Below, one piece after another: positions 18,172 to 28,090 of a stretch of 64,000 bases of DNA. Under the pieces are notes generated by a model. It made no database searches. It was given only the letters and a program-made list of their open reading frames with translations, and was not told where the DNA came from. The DNA lies in NCBI GenBank assembly GCA_963817915.1, contig CAWFQL010000016.1:192001-256000 (forward strand), in the 5' to 3' direction. Source of the DNA: an uncultured candidate division Zixibacteria bacterium (GTDB taxonomy: Bacteria; Zixibacteria; MSB-5A5; UBA10806). The number at the start of each line of letters is the position of its first letter. Position 1 is the first letter of the stretch. Made by a program: the position numbers and the translations under genes.

Positions 18172-20352
18172 ATGAATAAAGAGAAACAACGCGATCTGCT
18201 TTTATTTGGCATACCATTCATACTGACATTCTCAACATATTTACAAACAGTATGCCCGACAATTTATACCGGCGATTCGGGCGAGCTGGCATTCGCAATT
18301 AGCTCAATGGGGATCGCGCATCCGCCCGGCTACCCTTTGCTGACATTGATAGGCAAATTCTTTACTATTTTTATTCCGGGGAATCCAGCATATATTTTAA
18401 ATATTCTTTCATCGTTGCTGGCGGCAAGTTCGGCTGGAATAGCGGCATTTCTATTGCGCAATATTTTCTACAAACCACCGCAACGAAATGACATTCAGCC
18501 CATAATTATCTCAATGGCGTTAGCCACTATTTGGGGATTTTCGAATTCGCTTTGGGCAACGGCAGTTGGTATCGAAGTTTATTCGCTGGGGATTTTGCTC
18601 GCGATATTATCATTACTCTCCTTGATCGCATTTATCGAGCGAAATGATTTCAAATATTTTTTAGCTACGACTTATCTTCTATCGCTCGGATTAGCAAACC
18701 ATTTATCAATTGCCGCATTATTTATTCCGATAGTATATGTCGCCATCTCATCCAGGCTCGGTGTAAAGCAAATCGCATTTCTCATATTGGCCATGATTTT
18801 GGGATTGACTGTTTATTTATATCTGCCGATCAGGTCATCTCTAAATCCCATAGCCGATTGGGATCATCCCGCCGGTTTGGCTTCATTAATCAATCACATA
18901 ACCGCGCGTCGTTACGCGGGATATATATCGGGAATCAGATTTGACAATTACTTCGTGAATTTATGGCGTTCGATAAAAATACTCGCAAGCCAATTTCCGG
19001 GATACGCGTCAATCTTTGGACTGATTGGACTTATCGTTTTGAGAAATATCCCGTCAAAAATAAAAACAATTCTCCTGATGATTTTTGCATTCAACTTGTT
19101 AACTGTTCCCCTCTACGATATACCGGATATCGACCAGTATTATCTGCCTACGATCTTTATTTCAGTGATAGGCCTTTTGATGATATTCCTTTGGATTAAA
19201 GAATTAGTAATTGGCAAATGGGGAGCGATCGCTGTTTCGGCCATGATCGTATTTTTGCTCGGCGGAGCCGCAGGCCGCAATTTCGCCAAAAACAACCAAT
19301 CTGAAAACAGGCTGGCATATATTTACGGCATGAATATTCTAAATTCAACTCCGCAGAATTCGAAATTGATCTCTGTCGGCGACAATTCTAATTCCTCACT
19401 CTATTATCTTCGCTATATAGAAAAAATCAGGCCCGATCTTGAAATATATGATCCGGTCATCACAATTGAGAGATTAAAAGACAAGCTTAATCTTAATGGA
19501 TCCAATCGAAATCGTCCTGGAAATGATATTTGTATGGATTTTATAAAGGCCGATCCTGAAAACTCAAGCATTGTCAAAGAGCATGTGCTGATTCGCGGGA
19601 GAGCGTTCAGGTATTCCGAGACGCGGCTGACTCCTCATGGGATGACATATCAATTGGGCACGAATCAACCCGATATGGCGGTCTGGCAAAATATCACCAT
19701 GCCATCAATAGATGACTATCAGGCACATCTGGATTTTAAGGGAATGACAATGCTTTGCAATATTTATCTTAGCCGTGGGGAAGATTTGTATTGGGCTAAG
19801 GATAGTACCGCTGCTGTACAAGCGTTCTCGGAGGCTCGCCGAATCGCGGCGGATATCGGGGAAGCCTCGGTGCACAACAGTCTTGGCGTCTTTTTCAGAC
19901 GGATTGGATGGAGATTAGTTTCAGAATCCGAATATTTGCTCGCCTTGAAAGCATCGCATCTCACCGCATTCGAGAAGGCAAATATTTTTGTCAACCTCGG
20001 CAACCTCAAAAAAGACGAGGGATACTATAAGGAATCGATTGATTATTACAATAAGGCCCTGGCAATTAATAAAGATAATCGAGATGCCTCCTATAATATG
20101 TATCTGGCGCAAGCCTATAACAGCCTCAATCAGGGGGCTACCGCCGACGCTGTAAAATATTTCGAGGAGGCCTTAGTTCAGCCGGGTGCGGATGGCCGAC
20201 TTTGTTTCAATATCGGAGCGTTATATGATAACAGCCTCAAGGACACTGTTAAGGCCATATTTTATTATAAGCAATATGTTCAGTCCAATCCAACAGGGAC
20301 TCAAGTCGAGAATGCCAGGAAAAGAATCAGCGAACTGACAAAGCAGAATTAA
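18172..20352 (+). CDS. DUF2723 / TMEM260-like membrane glycosyltransferase (GT-C) with C-terminal TPRs
   Basis: GDSGEL...GIAHPPGYPL, EVYSL, LGLANH, YLYLPIRS motifs; C-terminal TPR repeats. Confidence 0.85.
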   Translation: MNKEKQRDLLLFGIPFILTFSTYLQTVCPTIYTGDSGELAFAISSMGIAHPPGYPLLTLIGKFFTIFIPGNPAYILNILSSLLAASSAGIAAFLLRNIFYKPPQRNDIQPIIISMALATIWGFSNSLWATAVGIEVYSLGILLAILSLLSLIAFIERNDFKYFLATTYLLSLGLANHLSIAALFIPIVYVAISSRLGVKQIAFLILAMILGLTVYLYLPIRSSLNPIADWDHPAGLASLINHITARRYAGYISGIRFDNYFVNLWRSIKILASQFPGYASIFGLIGLIVLRNIPSKIKTILLMIFAFNLLTVPLYDIPDIDQYYLPTIFISVIGLLMIFLWIKELVIGKWGAIAVSAMIVFLLGGAAGRNFAKNNQSENRLAYIYGMNILNSTPQNSKLISVGDNSNSSLYYLRYIEKIRPDLEIYDPVITIERLKDKLNLNGSNRNRPGNDICMDFIKADPENSSIVKEHVLIRGRAFRYSETRLTPHGMTYQLGTNQPDMAVWQNITMPSIDDYQAHLDFKGMTMLCNIYLSRGEDLYWAKDSTAAVQAFSEARRIAADIGEASVHNSLGVFFRRIGWRLVSESEYLLALKASHLTAFEKANIFVNLGNLKKDEGYYKESIDYYNKALAINKDNRDASYNMYLAQAYNSLNQGATADAVKYFEEALVQPGADGRLCFNIGALYDNSLKDTVKAIFYYKQYVQSNPTGTQVENARKRISELTKQN

Positions 20353-20548
20353 AACCTAAAACTCCTACTATAAACAAACCGATATAACTAACCATTTTTA
20401 TCTTGACATCAATATCGTTATGTTATTTATTTTCTTCTGCAAGAATTAGCTTTTAGTTTGACAGATTTTGTTTGATCAAAAATACTTATAGGAATTATTA
20501 GGTATAATTTCATCAATTGATACGAATTTATTAGAAGGAGGTTGAACA

Positions 20549-20929
20549 ATGAAGTCGAAAATAACTTTCGGTGTACTGATTCTCATCTTAATAACAGTTT
20601 CCGGCTATTCGCAAAGTCCCTGTGACAACCCCTCGCCAGGCAATTGCATGATTCCGGACACATGCTGTGTAGTACCCGAAAATGAATGTCCCTGGCATAT
20701 CACAGGCTTGGATTTGACTTATATGATAAATTACTTTAAAGGCGGCGCGGCTCCGCAAAATTATGGCAGGTTTGATGTTAACTGCAGCTGTCGCTTCAAC
20801 GGTCTCGATGTAATCTATCTCGTAAATTTTGCCAAAGGTCGAGGACCGGCGCCGCTGTGCTGTTTCTACATCTGCCCCGATTTACAAAAACAAAATCAGA
20901 GCATCAAACCCACAGAGAAAAAACAATAA
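20549..20929 (+). CDS. Small secreted Cys-rich stand-alone dockerin-like protein
   Basis: GGAGG RBS, signal peptide, 10 Cys; two repeats GLDLTYMINYFKGG and DVNCSCRFNGLDVIYLVNFAKG matching the C25 tail. Confidence 0.75.
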   Translation: MKSKITFGVLILILITVSGYSQSPCDNPSPGNCMIPDTCCVVPENECPWHITGLDLTYMINYFKGGAAPQNYGRFDVNCSCRFNGLDVIYLVNFAKGRGPAPLCCFYICPDLQKQNQSIKPTEKKQ

Positions 20930-20948
20930 ATTCGAGATATTATAAATT

Positions 20949-20982
20949 AATCCCTCAAGGCAATTTTGTCCTGAGGGATTTT
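20949..20982. terminator. Probable bidirectional terminator
   Basis: AATCCCTCA...TGAGGGATT between convergent genes. Confidence 0.65.
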
Positions 20983-21007
20983 CTTATTTCAGTATAGTAA
21001 TATCGAA

Positions 21008-22906
21008 TTAGCTTATCTTCGCGCCGGGAGGGATATCGCTATCGGTAGTGAGCAAGACCAGACTCTTCCCGGATTTTGCGGCTAATAGCATACCGTTGGA
21101 TTCGACACCCTTTATCTTCGCGGGCTGCAAATTCGCCACGACGATCAATGTCTTTCCAACCATCTGCTCAGGCGTATAAAATTGAGCGACACCTGCAACG
21201 ATCTGCCGTTTTTCTGTGCCTAAATCTATCTGCAGTTTTAAGAGTTTGTCTGCTCCCTCTACTCTTTCGGCCGCCAGTACCTTTGCGGTTCGCAGTTCGG
21301 TCTTGGCGAAATCATCGTAGGCGAGAAGATTGGAGGCTTCAGATGTGGATTTAGCGCCAGCTGCCTCAGCGGCTACTGGTTTTTGGAGCCGAGGGAAAAG
21401 CGGATCGCCCTGTTGAATTTTAGTTCCCGAAACAAGCACGCCCCATTTGGCGCGTGTAGTTTGATCTTTATCTCCGGCGATTCCAATTTGTCTTTGAATT
21501 TCCCGGCACTTTTCCGGCATCACCGGAGAAAGCAGAACTGAAACCAGGCGCAAAGACTCGGCGGCATTATAGAGCACACCGCTTAGTCTATCGGTCTGAC
21601 TGTTTTTGGCTAGTTCCCAGGGCTTATTATGTTCGACATAACGATTGGTTGCCCGCACCAATTCCAAAATATCTTCGACAGCCTGATTTAGCTTAAAAGA
21701 CTCTATTTTGCCCTTAATAGAACCAACCAGATCAAGTGCCTTTTTTAATAGCTCTCTATCTGATTCGCTGGCGTCGCTGCCCTTTGGCGGTAATGGTATC
21801 GAGCCATTAAAATATGTCCCGACCATTTTGGTGACCCTGGACAGAAGATTGCCAAGATCATTGGCGAGATCGGAATTATAACGCAGTACGAATGAGTCTT
21901 CAGAGTAGCTTGAATCCTGCCCCAATGTCATATCGCGCACCAAAAAATACCGAAAGGGATCGATGCCGTATTTATCCGCCAGATCCAACGGCTTGACAAC
22001 ATTCCCGACCGATTTAGACATTTTGGCATCGCCGGCGAGCCACCAGCCATGAGCGAATATTGTTTTCGGCTGTTCAATCCCCATCGCCTTCAGCATGCAG
22101 GGCCAATAGACGGCGTGAGTAGTCAGAATATCTTTTCCGATTAGATGAACCGCGGGCCAACGACGATCGAACTGCTTTTGATCTTTCAAATATCCAATGG
22201 CCGAAATATAGTTTATCAAGGCATCGAACCAGACATAGCAGACATAATCCTTATCGAAGGGCAATTCAATTCCCCACGATAGACGCGATTTGGGACGGGA
22301 AATGCAGAGGTCGCCGAGGGGCTGTTTGAGGAATCCGAGAATTTCGTTGCGTCTGAAATCGGGCAGAATAAAATCGGGATGACTATTGATATATTCGATC
22401 AGCCAATTCTGATATTTGGACATTTTGAAAAAATAATTTTTCTCAGTGATCTTGATCACCGGTCGATTGCAGTCGGGACAGTTCCCGTCTTTTAAGTCTT
22501 TTTCGGTCCAAAATCGTTCGTCAGGGATGCAATACCAACCTTCATAATCGGCGGAATATATTTCGCCTTTATCATAGATGTCCTGGAGTATTTCCTGAAC
22601 TATTTTTATATGGCGATTTTCGGTAGTCCTGATAAAATCATCATTGCTGATATTCAGTTTTTTCCAGGTATCCTGAAAACGAACAACCATTTCATTGCAA
22701 TATTCAAGAGGCGAAATATTTTTCTTTTTAGCCGCTTCCTGGAGTTTTTGTCCGTGCTCATCGGTACCTGTCAGAAAATAGACATCCTCGCCGAAAATGC
22801 GATGATACCCCGCCAGAACATCGGCAAGAATAGTCGTGTAGGCGTGCCCGATATGCGGTTCGTCATTTACGTAATAGATAGGAGTAGTGACATAGAATTT
22901 ATCCAT
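21008..22906 (-). CDS. metG: Methionyl-tRNA synthetase
   Basis: FYVTTPIYYVN, PHIGH, KMSKS, zinc knuckle, C-terminal tRNA-binding OB domain. Confidence 0.97.
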   Translation of the reverse strand: MDKFYVTTPIYYVNDEPHIGHAYTTILADVLAGYHRIFGEDVYFLTGTDEHGQKLQEAAKKKNISPLEYCNEMVVRFQDTWKKLNISNDDFIRTTENRHIKIVQEILQDIYDKGEIYSADYEGWYCIPDERFWTEKDLKDGNCPDCNRPVIKITEKNYFFKMSKYQNWLIEYINSHPDFILPDFRRNEILGFLKQPLGDLCISRPKSRLSWGIELPFDKDYVCYVWFDALINYISAIGYLKDQKQFDRRWPAVHLIGKDILTTHAVYWPCMLKAMGIEQPKTIFAHGWWLAGDAKMSKSVGNVVKPLDLADKYGIDPFRYFLVRDMTLGQDSSYSEDSFVLRYNSDLANDLGNLLSRVTKMVGTYFNGSIPLPPKGSDASESDRELLKKALDLVGSIKGKIESFKLNQAVEDILELVRATNRYVEHNKPWELAKNSQTDRLSGVLYNAAESLRLVSVLLSPVMPEKCREIQRQIGIAGDKDQTTRAKWGVLVSGTKIQQGDPLFPRLQKPVAAEAAGAKSTSEASNLLAYDDFAKTELRTAKVLAAERVEGADKLLKLQIDLGTEKRQIVAGVAQFYTPEQMVGKTLIVVANLQPAKIKGVESNGMLLAAKSGKSLVLLTTDSDIPPGAKIS

Positions 22907-23048
22907 TGTATCCTCTTGCTGATATACTTTTCGCTAAACGGTAAAATAGCTGCGTCAAATGCCGCGCATCAACGGCTTTGTTTTGCCGGGCAAGAATTTA
23001 GGAAAATCGGGAGCCATATTTATCTTATCGTCATTAGCAAAAATTACA

Positions 23049-23924
23049 TTATCCCTGCAGATCGTCCAGTTCCTTATTGTTTACATCACTTTGCCTGCCG
23101 GGAGCATCGAGAACTTTAAAGTGGTCCCTGCTGATAGCTCTTTTTAATTCCGCCAGGCTCATTTTAAATTCCCCTCCCTCATTCAAGAGGATGCTAATCT
23201 GCTCATTGAAAATATCGACTTTGATGATCTTCCCATCGCCGCGTTTGGTGGAACAGCGGGCTCCGGCCGGAGGATAAAGAGGAGCCACCTCTTCATAGAA
23301 ATTCATTTCGTATTTCAAACAGCAAAGTAGACGCCCGCAATTCCCGCTCAGTTTTTGCGGATTTAGAGCCAGATTCTGAGAACGAGCCATTTGTGTCGTA
23401 ATTGTAGAAAAATCCTGAAGCCAACCGGCACAGCATTGTCTTTTGCCGCAAATTCCATAGCCATCTTTTCGCTTGGCCTCGTCGCGGACTCCTATTTGGC
23501 GCAGTTCAATTCTTGTTCGATATGTAGCCGCCAGGTCTTTCACCAATTCACGGAAATCGACTCGTTTTTCGGCGGTGAAGTAAAATGTGATTTTATTGCA
23601 ATCGAATTGGTACTCGACATCGACCAGCTTCATCTTGAGATTATGCTTGGCAATAAATTTTAGACATTCATCATAGGTTTCTTCTTCTTTTTGCCTATTG
23701 AATATCATGCGATCATAATCAAAATCGGTTCCCAATCTTAGAATCTTCGGCAGTTCACCTTTCCGTTCGCATTCGGCGGAACCGGTTTTGCGAATAATCT
23801 TGCCATAGTCTTCGCCTCGTTCCGCCTGCACCACAACCTGGCTTCCCTTGGCGACCGGGAGATCGCTGAAATTGATGTAGCAATCTTTGCGATTGCCCTT
23901 AAATGCAACTATGTATGAATCCAT
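23049..23924 (-). CDS. ricT: PSP1-domain protein RicT/YaaT
   Basis: FYFTAEKRVDFRELVKDL, RIELRQIGVRDEA, CGRLLCCLKYE; conserved holB-yaaT-metG order. Confidence 0.9.
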   Translation of the reverse strand: MDSYIVAFKGNRKDCYINFSDLPVAKGSQVVVQAERGEDYGKIIRKTGSAECERKGELPKILRLGTDFDYDRMIFNRQKEEETYDECLKFIAKHNLKMKLVDVEYQFDCNKITFYFTAEKRVDFRELVKDLAATYRTRIELRQIGVRDEAKRKDGYGICGKRQCCAGWLQDFSTITTQMARSQNLALNPQKLSGNCGRLLCCLKYEMNFYEEVAPLYPPAGARCSTKRGDGKIIKVDIFNEQISILLNEGGEFKMSLAELKRAISRDHFKVLDAPGRQSDVNNKELDDLQG

Positions 23925-23985
23925 AAATTAATTCCTTTATGAAACTCCGGCGATAAAATCCTTCTAATTACTTCGGCCTTTTAGA

Positions 23986-25173
23986 TTAAGGCAATTTATA
24001 CTTTGGCATGGTCAGGTCTCGCATCGCCTGCGCGAATGATAAGTATAAAAACACCATTGCGCTATTCGCGGCGACATTATTCACAAGACAAGCCCTGCTG
24101 GTTTCGGCATTGCAGCTGCTCCAGATATCAAGAACTTCTCGCTCCGGGCGGTTCAGCCGCTTCAAGTTACCTGCAATATCGGTATTAATAAGATGATTTT
24201 CAAGGCCATTTTCGCCAATTAGATAAATGTCATGGATTATGGATTCAATTATTTCGAAATCCATCTTGATTTCATCGAATCCGATCTTGATCCCGGCCTT
24301 AAGGTTGCCTGTATACGCGTTGTTAATATCGTATATAAGGGCATTCATAGGCGCACCGGAGAGCAATCGCGCAAAGAAGCCCACGATTTTGTCTCGACGA
24401 TCCTTGATGTCGCTTTCGTGAAGACGGACAGACATGCCCAACGACCCACCGGAAGCACGGGCCAGGTATGACGCGTAATCATCCTGTACACCCAATTTTT
24501 CGATTAGGCTTTTTACCAGGATATCTTGGGGAACCGGCGGGACAGTTATTCGATGAGTACGCGAAAGCAATGTTGGAAATAGTAAATCCGGACGAGATGT
24601 CGTTAGAAGCAGATGAGTGTTTTCGGGCGGCTCTTCGACAGTTTTTAAAAACAGATCGGCGGCGCCAAATGCCATCTTATCGATATCAAGTATCGCCACC
24701 ACCCTCCTGCCGCCTCGAAATGGCCGTCGGGTAAGGGCATGAATGAGATCTTTAATTACTTCGACCGGGATATTCTCTTTTTTCTCGAAATCGAGTATGG
24801 CGTAGGGGTTTTCAAGTTTACTTTTTTTGAATAATTCTACTTCATCGCGGGTGTCCTCGGAATAGCGGGCGTTAGAGGAAACAGGATCGGAGAATGAGAA
24901 TATGGTTACTTTTTTCGATTCGGGGCGAATATTCGGGAATGGAAACGCGAAAAGGAAATCGGGATGATAGAATCGAATCACATCTTTGCATGATTGGCAA
25001 TTTCCACAGGCCGAATGGTCATTCTCGCAAAGCAGGGCCTTGGTGAGCTCCATTATCAATGCGAACTTCCCGATTCCTTCAGGACCAATCAGGAGTATTG
25101 ATTGGCTCAGGCTGCCTTTTTGGGCAGAAGATATAAGATTGGCCGACAATTTATTCAGGTGGTCGAAAAGCAT
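23986..25173 (-). CDS. holB: DNA polymerase III subunit delta'
   Basis: GPEGIGK, C..CGNCQSC zinc module, HPD, LKTVEEPP, TLLSR. Confidence 0.88.
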   Translation of the reverse strand: MLFDHLNKLSANLISSAQKGSLSQSILLIGPEGIGKFALIMELTKALLCENDHSACGNCQSCKDVIRFYHPDFLFAFPFPNIRPESKKVTIFSFSDPVSSNARYSEDTRDEVELFKKSKLENPYAILDFEKKENIPVEVIKDLIHALTRRPFRGGRRVVAILDIDKMAFGAADLFLKTVEEPPENTHLLLTTSRPDLLFPTLLSRTHRITVPPVPQDILVKSLIEKLGVQDDYASYLARASGGSLGMSVRLHESDIKDRRDKIVGFFARLLSGAPMNALIYDINNAYTGNLKAGIKIGFDEIKMDFEIIESIIHDIYLIGENGLENHLINTDIAGNLKRLNRPEREVLDIWSSCNAETSRACLVNNVAANSAMVFLYLSFAQAMRDLTMPKYKLP

Positions 25174-25174
25174 T

Positions 25175-26320
25175 TTATCGGAGCCATTCTCTGGGGTTTA
25201 ATTGTTCTTTTTTATGGCGCACCTCGAAATGAAGCTTCGAGCCTTCAAGAGAACCGGAATCACCGGCCTCGGCTATTATATCCCCCGCATTCACCCTATC
25301 GCCGACTTCGAATAGCACTTCGGACAAATTAGCGTAAAGGGTATAATACCCGTCCCCATGATCAAGAATTATAAATTGCCCATAACCCCGAAGCGAGCTG
25401 ACATAAATTACAATCCCGTTGGCGGCGGCCCTGACATTAGCGCCATAATCTGCCTTGATATCGATACCGGGATTGGAAAGCTCGATGCCCCGTTTATCCT
25501 TAATTGTTCCGAAATCTTTTAGAATACCGCCTTCCACCGGCCATATTAACTTGCCTTTGCTTTCAGCAAGTCCCGGCAGGCCGGTGATATTAACATCCTG
25601 CTCGCTGGCATTCTGGAGATTTTCTATGATTCCTTCGATCTCCTTGGCATCCTCTTCAAGACGGGATATCGACCTTTGCACTTCATTTTTATCTTTTCTG
25701 AGTTTATCAATCAATTTTTTTCGGGATTGTAATGATTGCTTTCTTAATTCCAATTCATTTTCGTTTTCGAGACGCATTTTCTCGAGAAGCGCGGCATTCT
25801 GCTCCATTTGCGAAAGACCGGACTTAATTGATTTAGATAAATTAATATAATTCAGCATTAGCATCTTATCATATTGAATTAGAGCCATAAAATTTTTATA
25901 AGCGACCAAAGCCGATGACGCATCTTGAGAAGTTAGAATCTGAAGCCAATCCTGTTCCTCGCCATTTTTATAAATATATCTCAGTCTGGCATTCAGAATA
26001 TTTTTTTTCTCCATCCTGGTTTTTTCGGCGGACGACAATTCGACTTTTTGAGTTTCGATATTTCCGGAGACACGATCGATTTCGCGATTCAATTTCAAGA
26101 GTAATTGGCCGGACAATGTCATTTCCTGTTCGATATCGCGGAGCCGGCCGACCTCATCCTTTTCCTTATTCCCGAGTTTACTAAATTCCGTCCTTTTGGC
26201 ATCGAGCTCAGCTTTAATAGTCTCCAACTGCTCCTGACGATCTTTGACTTCGGTCGCGCTAACAGTGTCAAATACCAATAGCAAGGTTGATAGCAATAGA
26301 ATTGGATATAGACGAGCCAT
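25175..26320 (-). CDS. envC: Murein hydrolase activator EnvC (coiled coil + degenerate M23)
   Basis: Signal peptide, long coiled coil, M23 domain lacking the usual His ligands (NPGID, YANL); downstream of ftsEX. Confidence 0.85.
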   Translation of the reverse strand: MARLYPILLLSTLLLVFDTVSATEVKDRQEQLETIKAELDAKRTEFSKLGNKEKDEVGRLRDIEQEMTLSGQLLLKLNREIDRVSGNIETQKVELSSAEKTRMEKKNILNARLRYIYKNGEEQDWLQILTSQDASSALVAYKNFMALIQYDKMLMLNYINLSKSIKSGLSQMEQNAALLEKMRLENENELELRKQSLQSRKKLIDKLRKDKNEVQRSISRLEEDAKEIEGIIENLQNASEQDVNITGLPGLAESKGKLIWPVEGGILKDFGTIKDKRGIELSNPGIDIKADYGANVRAAANGIVIYVSSLRGYGQFIILDHGDGYYTLYANLSEVLFEVGDRVNAGDIIAEAGDSGSLEGSKLHFEVRHKKEQLNPREWLR

Positions 26321-26322
26321 AA

Positions 26323-26931
26323 TTAGATTTTCATGTATCGTTTCGAGGCCACCATAGCCCCCAGCATTCCTAACAATAAACCTATTAGCAGAAATGCTAT
26401 CACCTCATTGATTTCGAGAAACACGAGGTCTATCAAATTTTTGGAAATATACGCGATTGAATATTTGAGAAAGACAATTGCCAAAATCGAACCCAGCAGA
26501 CCGACAATCCCGCCGAGCGACACAAATGGTGTCAAAATATAACTTCGCGTCGCGCCAACCAATTGCATCATTTCAACAGTTTTTCGCCGATCTGTAATCG
26601 CAATTCTGACAGTATTGGCTACAATAAATATCGCCGAGAATGCCACAATAATAGCTATTGAAAGACCCAATTTTTCAATCGATTTCATTATGGAATTCAA
26701 GCGATTGACCATTTTATTGGCAAAAACAACATCCTCGACTTCGGGCATTTTTTTTATTGTCGCAATCAATGAGTCTGAGTTGCCCGGTTCGAAAATATAA
26801 TCGCTGACCCGTATTTCGAATGATGACGGAAGCGGGTTTTCCTCAAGTCCCTGTATCATTTCTGATCCGAATCGTTCCCTGATCTTGAATAGCGCATCCT
26901 CTTTTGAAATAAATCGAACATCCCTTAACAC
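26323..26931 (-). CDS. ftsX: FtsX, C-terminal part (frameshifted)
   Basis: VRFISKEDAL, ENPLPSSF, NTVRIAI..R..VEMMQLVGAT..YI..PF. Confidence 0.85.
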   Translation of the reverse strand: MLRDVRFISKEDALFKIRERFGSEMIQGLEENPLPSSFEIRVSDYIFEPGNSDSLIATIKKMPEVEDVVFANKMVNRLNSIMKSIEKLGLSIAIIVAFSAIFIVANTVRIAITDRRKTVEMMQLVGATRSYILTPFVSLGGIVGLLGSILAIVFLKYSIAYISKNLIDLVFLEINEVIAFLLIGLLLGMLGAMVASKRYMKI

Positions 26932-27181
26932 CCTTAAATCCAGCCAACTGAGTTTGCATCGTCTGAATCATTTCGGGTGGTGGATTCCCAGCCAGGAAAA
27001 CATCCATGGTCAGGCTGTTTTTAAGATCATCGATTGTTTTGGTTAAATTTTTCGATGCTATCCAAAGTATTCCAGGGATCATCATCGCTAAAAAGACTGT
27101 AAGCAATGTGCCAAATGACGATAACAACTCGAATCGAATTGCCCTTATAATTTCTGAAAAGACCCGCATCATGGATCTCAT
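26843..27181 (-). CDS. ftsX: FtsX, N-terminal part; +1 frameshift near 26922-26926 (intact gene would be 26323-27181, 285 aa)
   Basis: ATGA overlap with the ftsE stop; TM1 and periplasmic start. Deleting one base gives ...GFKGV(K/R)DVRFISK. Confidence 0.8.
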   Translation of the reverse strand: MRSMMRVFSEIIRAIRFELLSSFGTLLTVFLAMMIPGILWIASKNLTKTIDDLKNSLTMDVFLAGNPPPEMIQTMQTQLAGFKGVKGCSIYFKRGCAIQDQGTIRIRNDTGT

Positions 27182-27840
27182 TTGGCCTCCTGCTCCAACA
27201 TGCCTGATACCAAATGCAATCGCCGATGTCCGAACTCAGTTGCCATCGCTACCTGATGAGTCGCAATTATAACTGTAGCGCCTCGGGTGTTAATTTCTTT
27301 AAAGAGACTGAATAAAGCTCGCGAGTTTTGCTCATCCAAATTGCCAGTCGGCTCATCAGCCAATAACAGCAATGGTTCATTGACAATCGCCCTCGCAAGC
27401 GCGACTCGCTGAGCCTCTCCACCGGAAAGCTGATGAGGATAGTTATTTCGCTTTGGCCAGACCCCCGCCAATTTCAAGGCATCATCGGTCTTCTTTTTTA
27501 TCTCCTTGATCGGCCGTCCGACAACCTCGAGCGCCAGCGAAACATTCTCGAATGCATTCCGTTCGGGAATCAGCCGAAAATCCTGAAATACTATTCCCAG
27601 GCGTCGCCTCAATCTCGGTATTTGCCTTTTTTTAATTTTATCAAAATCAAATTTATCGAGAATAATATTGCCCTCGGTTGGCCGTTCCTCAAAATAAAGC
27701 AGTCTCAGTAATGTCGATTTCCCTGCTCCCGATGGTCCGGTTAGGAAAACCATCTCGCCTTTTTTAATAGAAAATGTGATTTTGGAAAGCGCAGCTAACC
27801 GTTCACCATAAATCTTGCTCACATTCCCAACATTCAACAT
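27178..27840 (-). CDS. ftsE: Cell division ABC ATPase FtsE
   Basis: GPSGAGKST, GIVFQDFRL, LSGGE, ADEPTGNLD; likely ATG at 27840. Confidence 0.93.
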   Translation of the reverse strand: MLNVGNVSKIYGERLAALSKITFSIKKGEMVFLTGPSGAGKSTLLRLLYFEERPTEGNIILDKFDFDKIKKRQIPRLRRRLGIVFQDFRLIPERNAFENVSLALEVVGRPIKEIKKKTDDALKLAGVWPKRNNYPHQLSGGEAQRVALARAIVNEPLLLLADEPTGNLDEQNSRALFSLFKEINTRGATVIIATHQVAMATEFGHRRLHLVSGMLEQEAK

Positions 27841-27848
27841 GATTTTTG

Positions 27849-27877
27849 AAGTTAAAGCATCCGGTCTCAAGCGTCAA
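27849..27877 (-). promoter_or_regulatory. sigma70-type promoter of the ftsE operon
   Basis: Minus strand TTGACG-17-TAACTT, 8 nt before the ATG. Confidence 0.6.
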
Positions 27878-27904
27878 GTGAATGTTTGAAGCAGCATCGT
27901 TCAA

Positions 27905-28036
27905 CGGGCGGCGTGTTTTATTTGACATGGAATGTCAAATTCAGCATGTAATACGGATCGTAAATTTGTGATTTGGCACGGATGGTTTTTCCGTATTGCA
28001 TGCTTACCCGCCGAAGGCGGGAAAACACGCCGCCCG
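27905..28036. repeat. REP-doublet-like four-way-junction element, family 3
   Basis: Outer 15-bp IR CGGGCGGCGTGTTTT/AAAACACGCCGCCCG; inner 15-bp IR AGCATGTAATACGGA/TCCGTATTGCATGCT; side hairpins ATTTGACAT-GGA-ATGTCAAAT and CCCGCC-GAA-GGCGGG. Confidence 0.75.
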
Positions 28037-28056
28037 CCAGCCCTGCATTAATGCGA

Positions 28057-28085
28057 TTGACTTGTTTTGCAGGTCGATATAACTT
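28057..28085 (+). promoter_or_regulatory. sigma70-type promoter of ilvC (probably leaderless)
   Basis: TTGACT-17-TAACTT, 5 nt before ATG 28091. Confidence 0.55.
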
Positions 28086-28090
28086 TATAA

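Noticed and set aside
22907..23048. SAM riboswitch or T-box upstream of metG
   Set aside because: No SAM-I core, T-box motif or terminator is recognisable.
25175..26320. Inactive M23 site as a novelty
   Set aside because: Loss of the zinc ligands is the normal state of EnvC.
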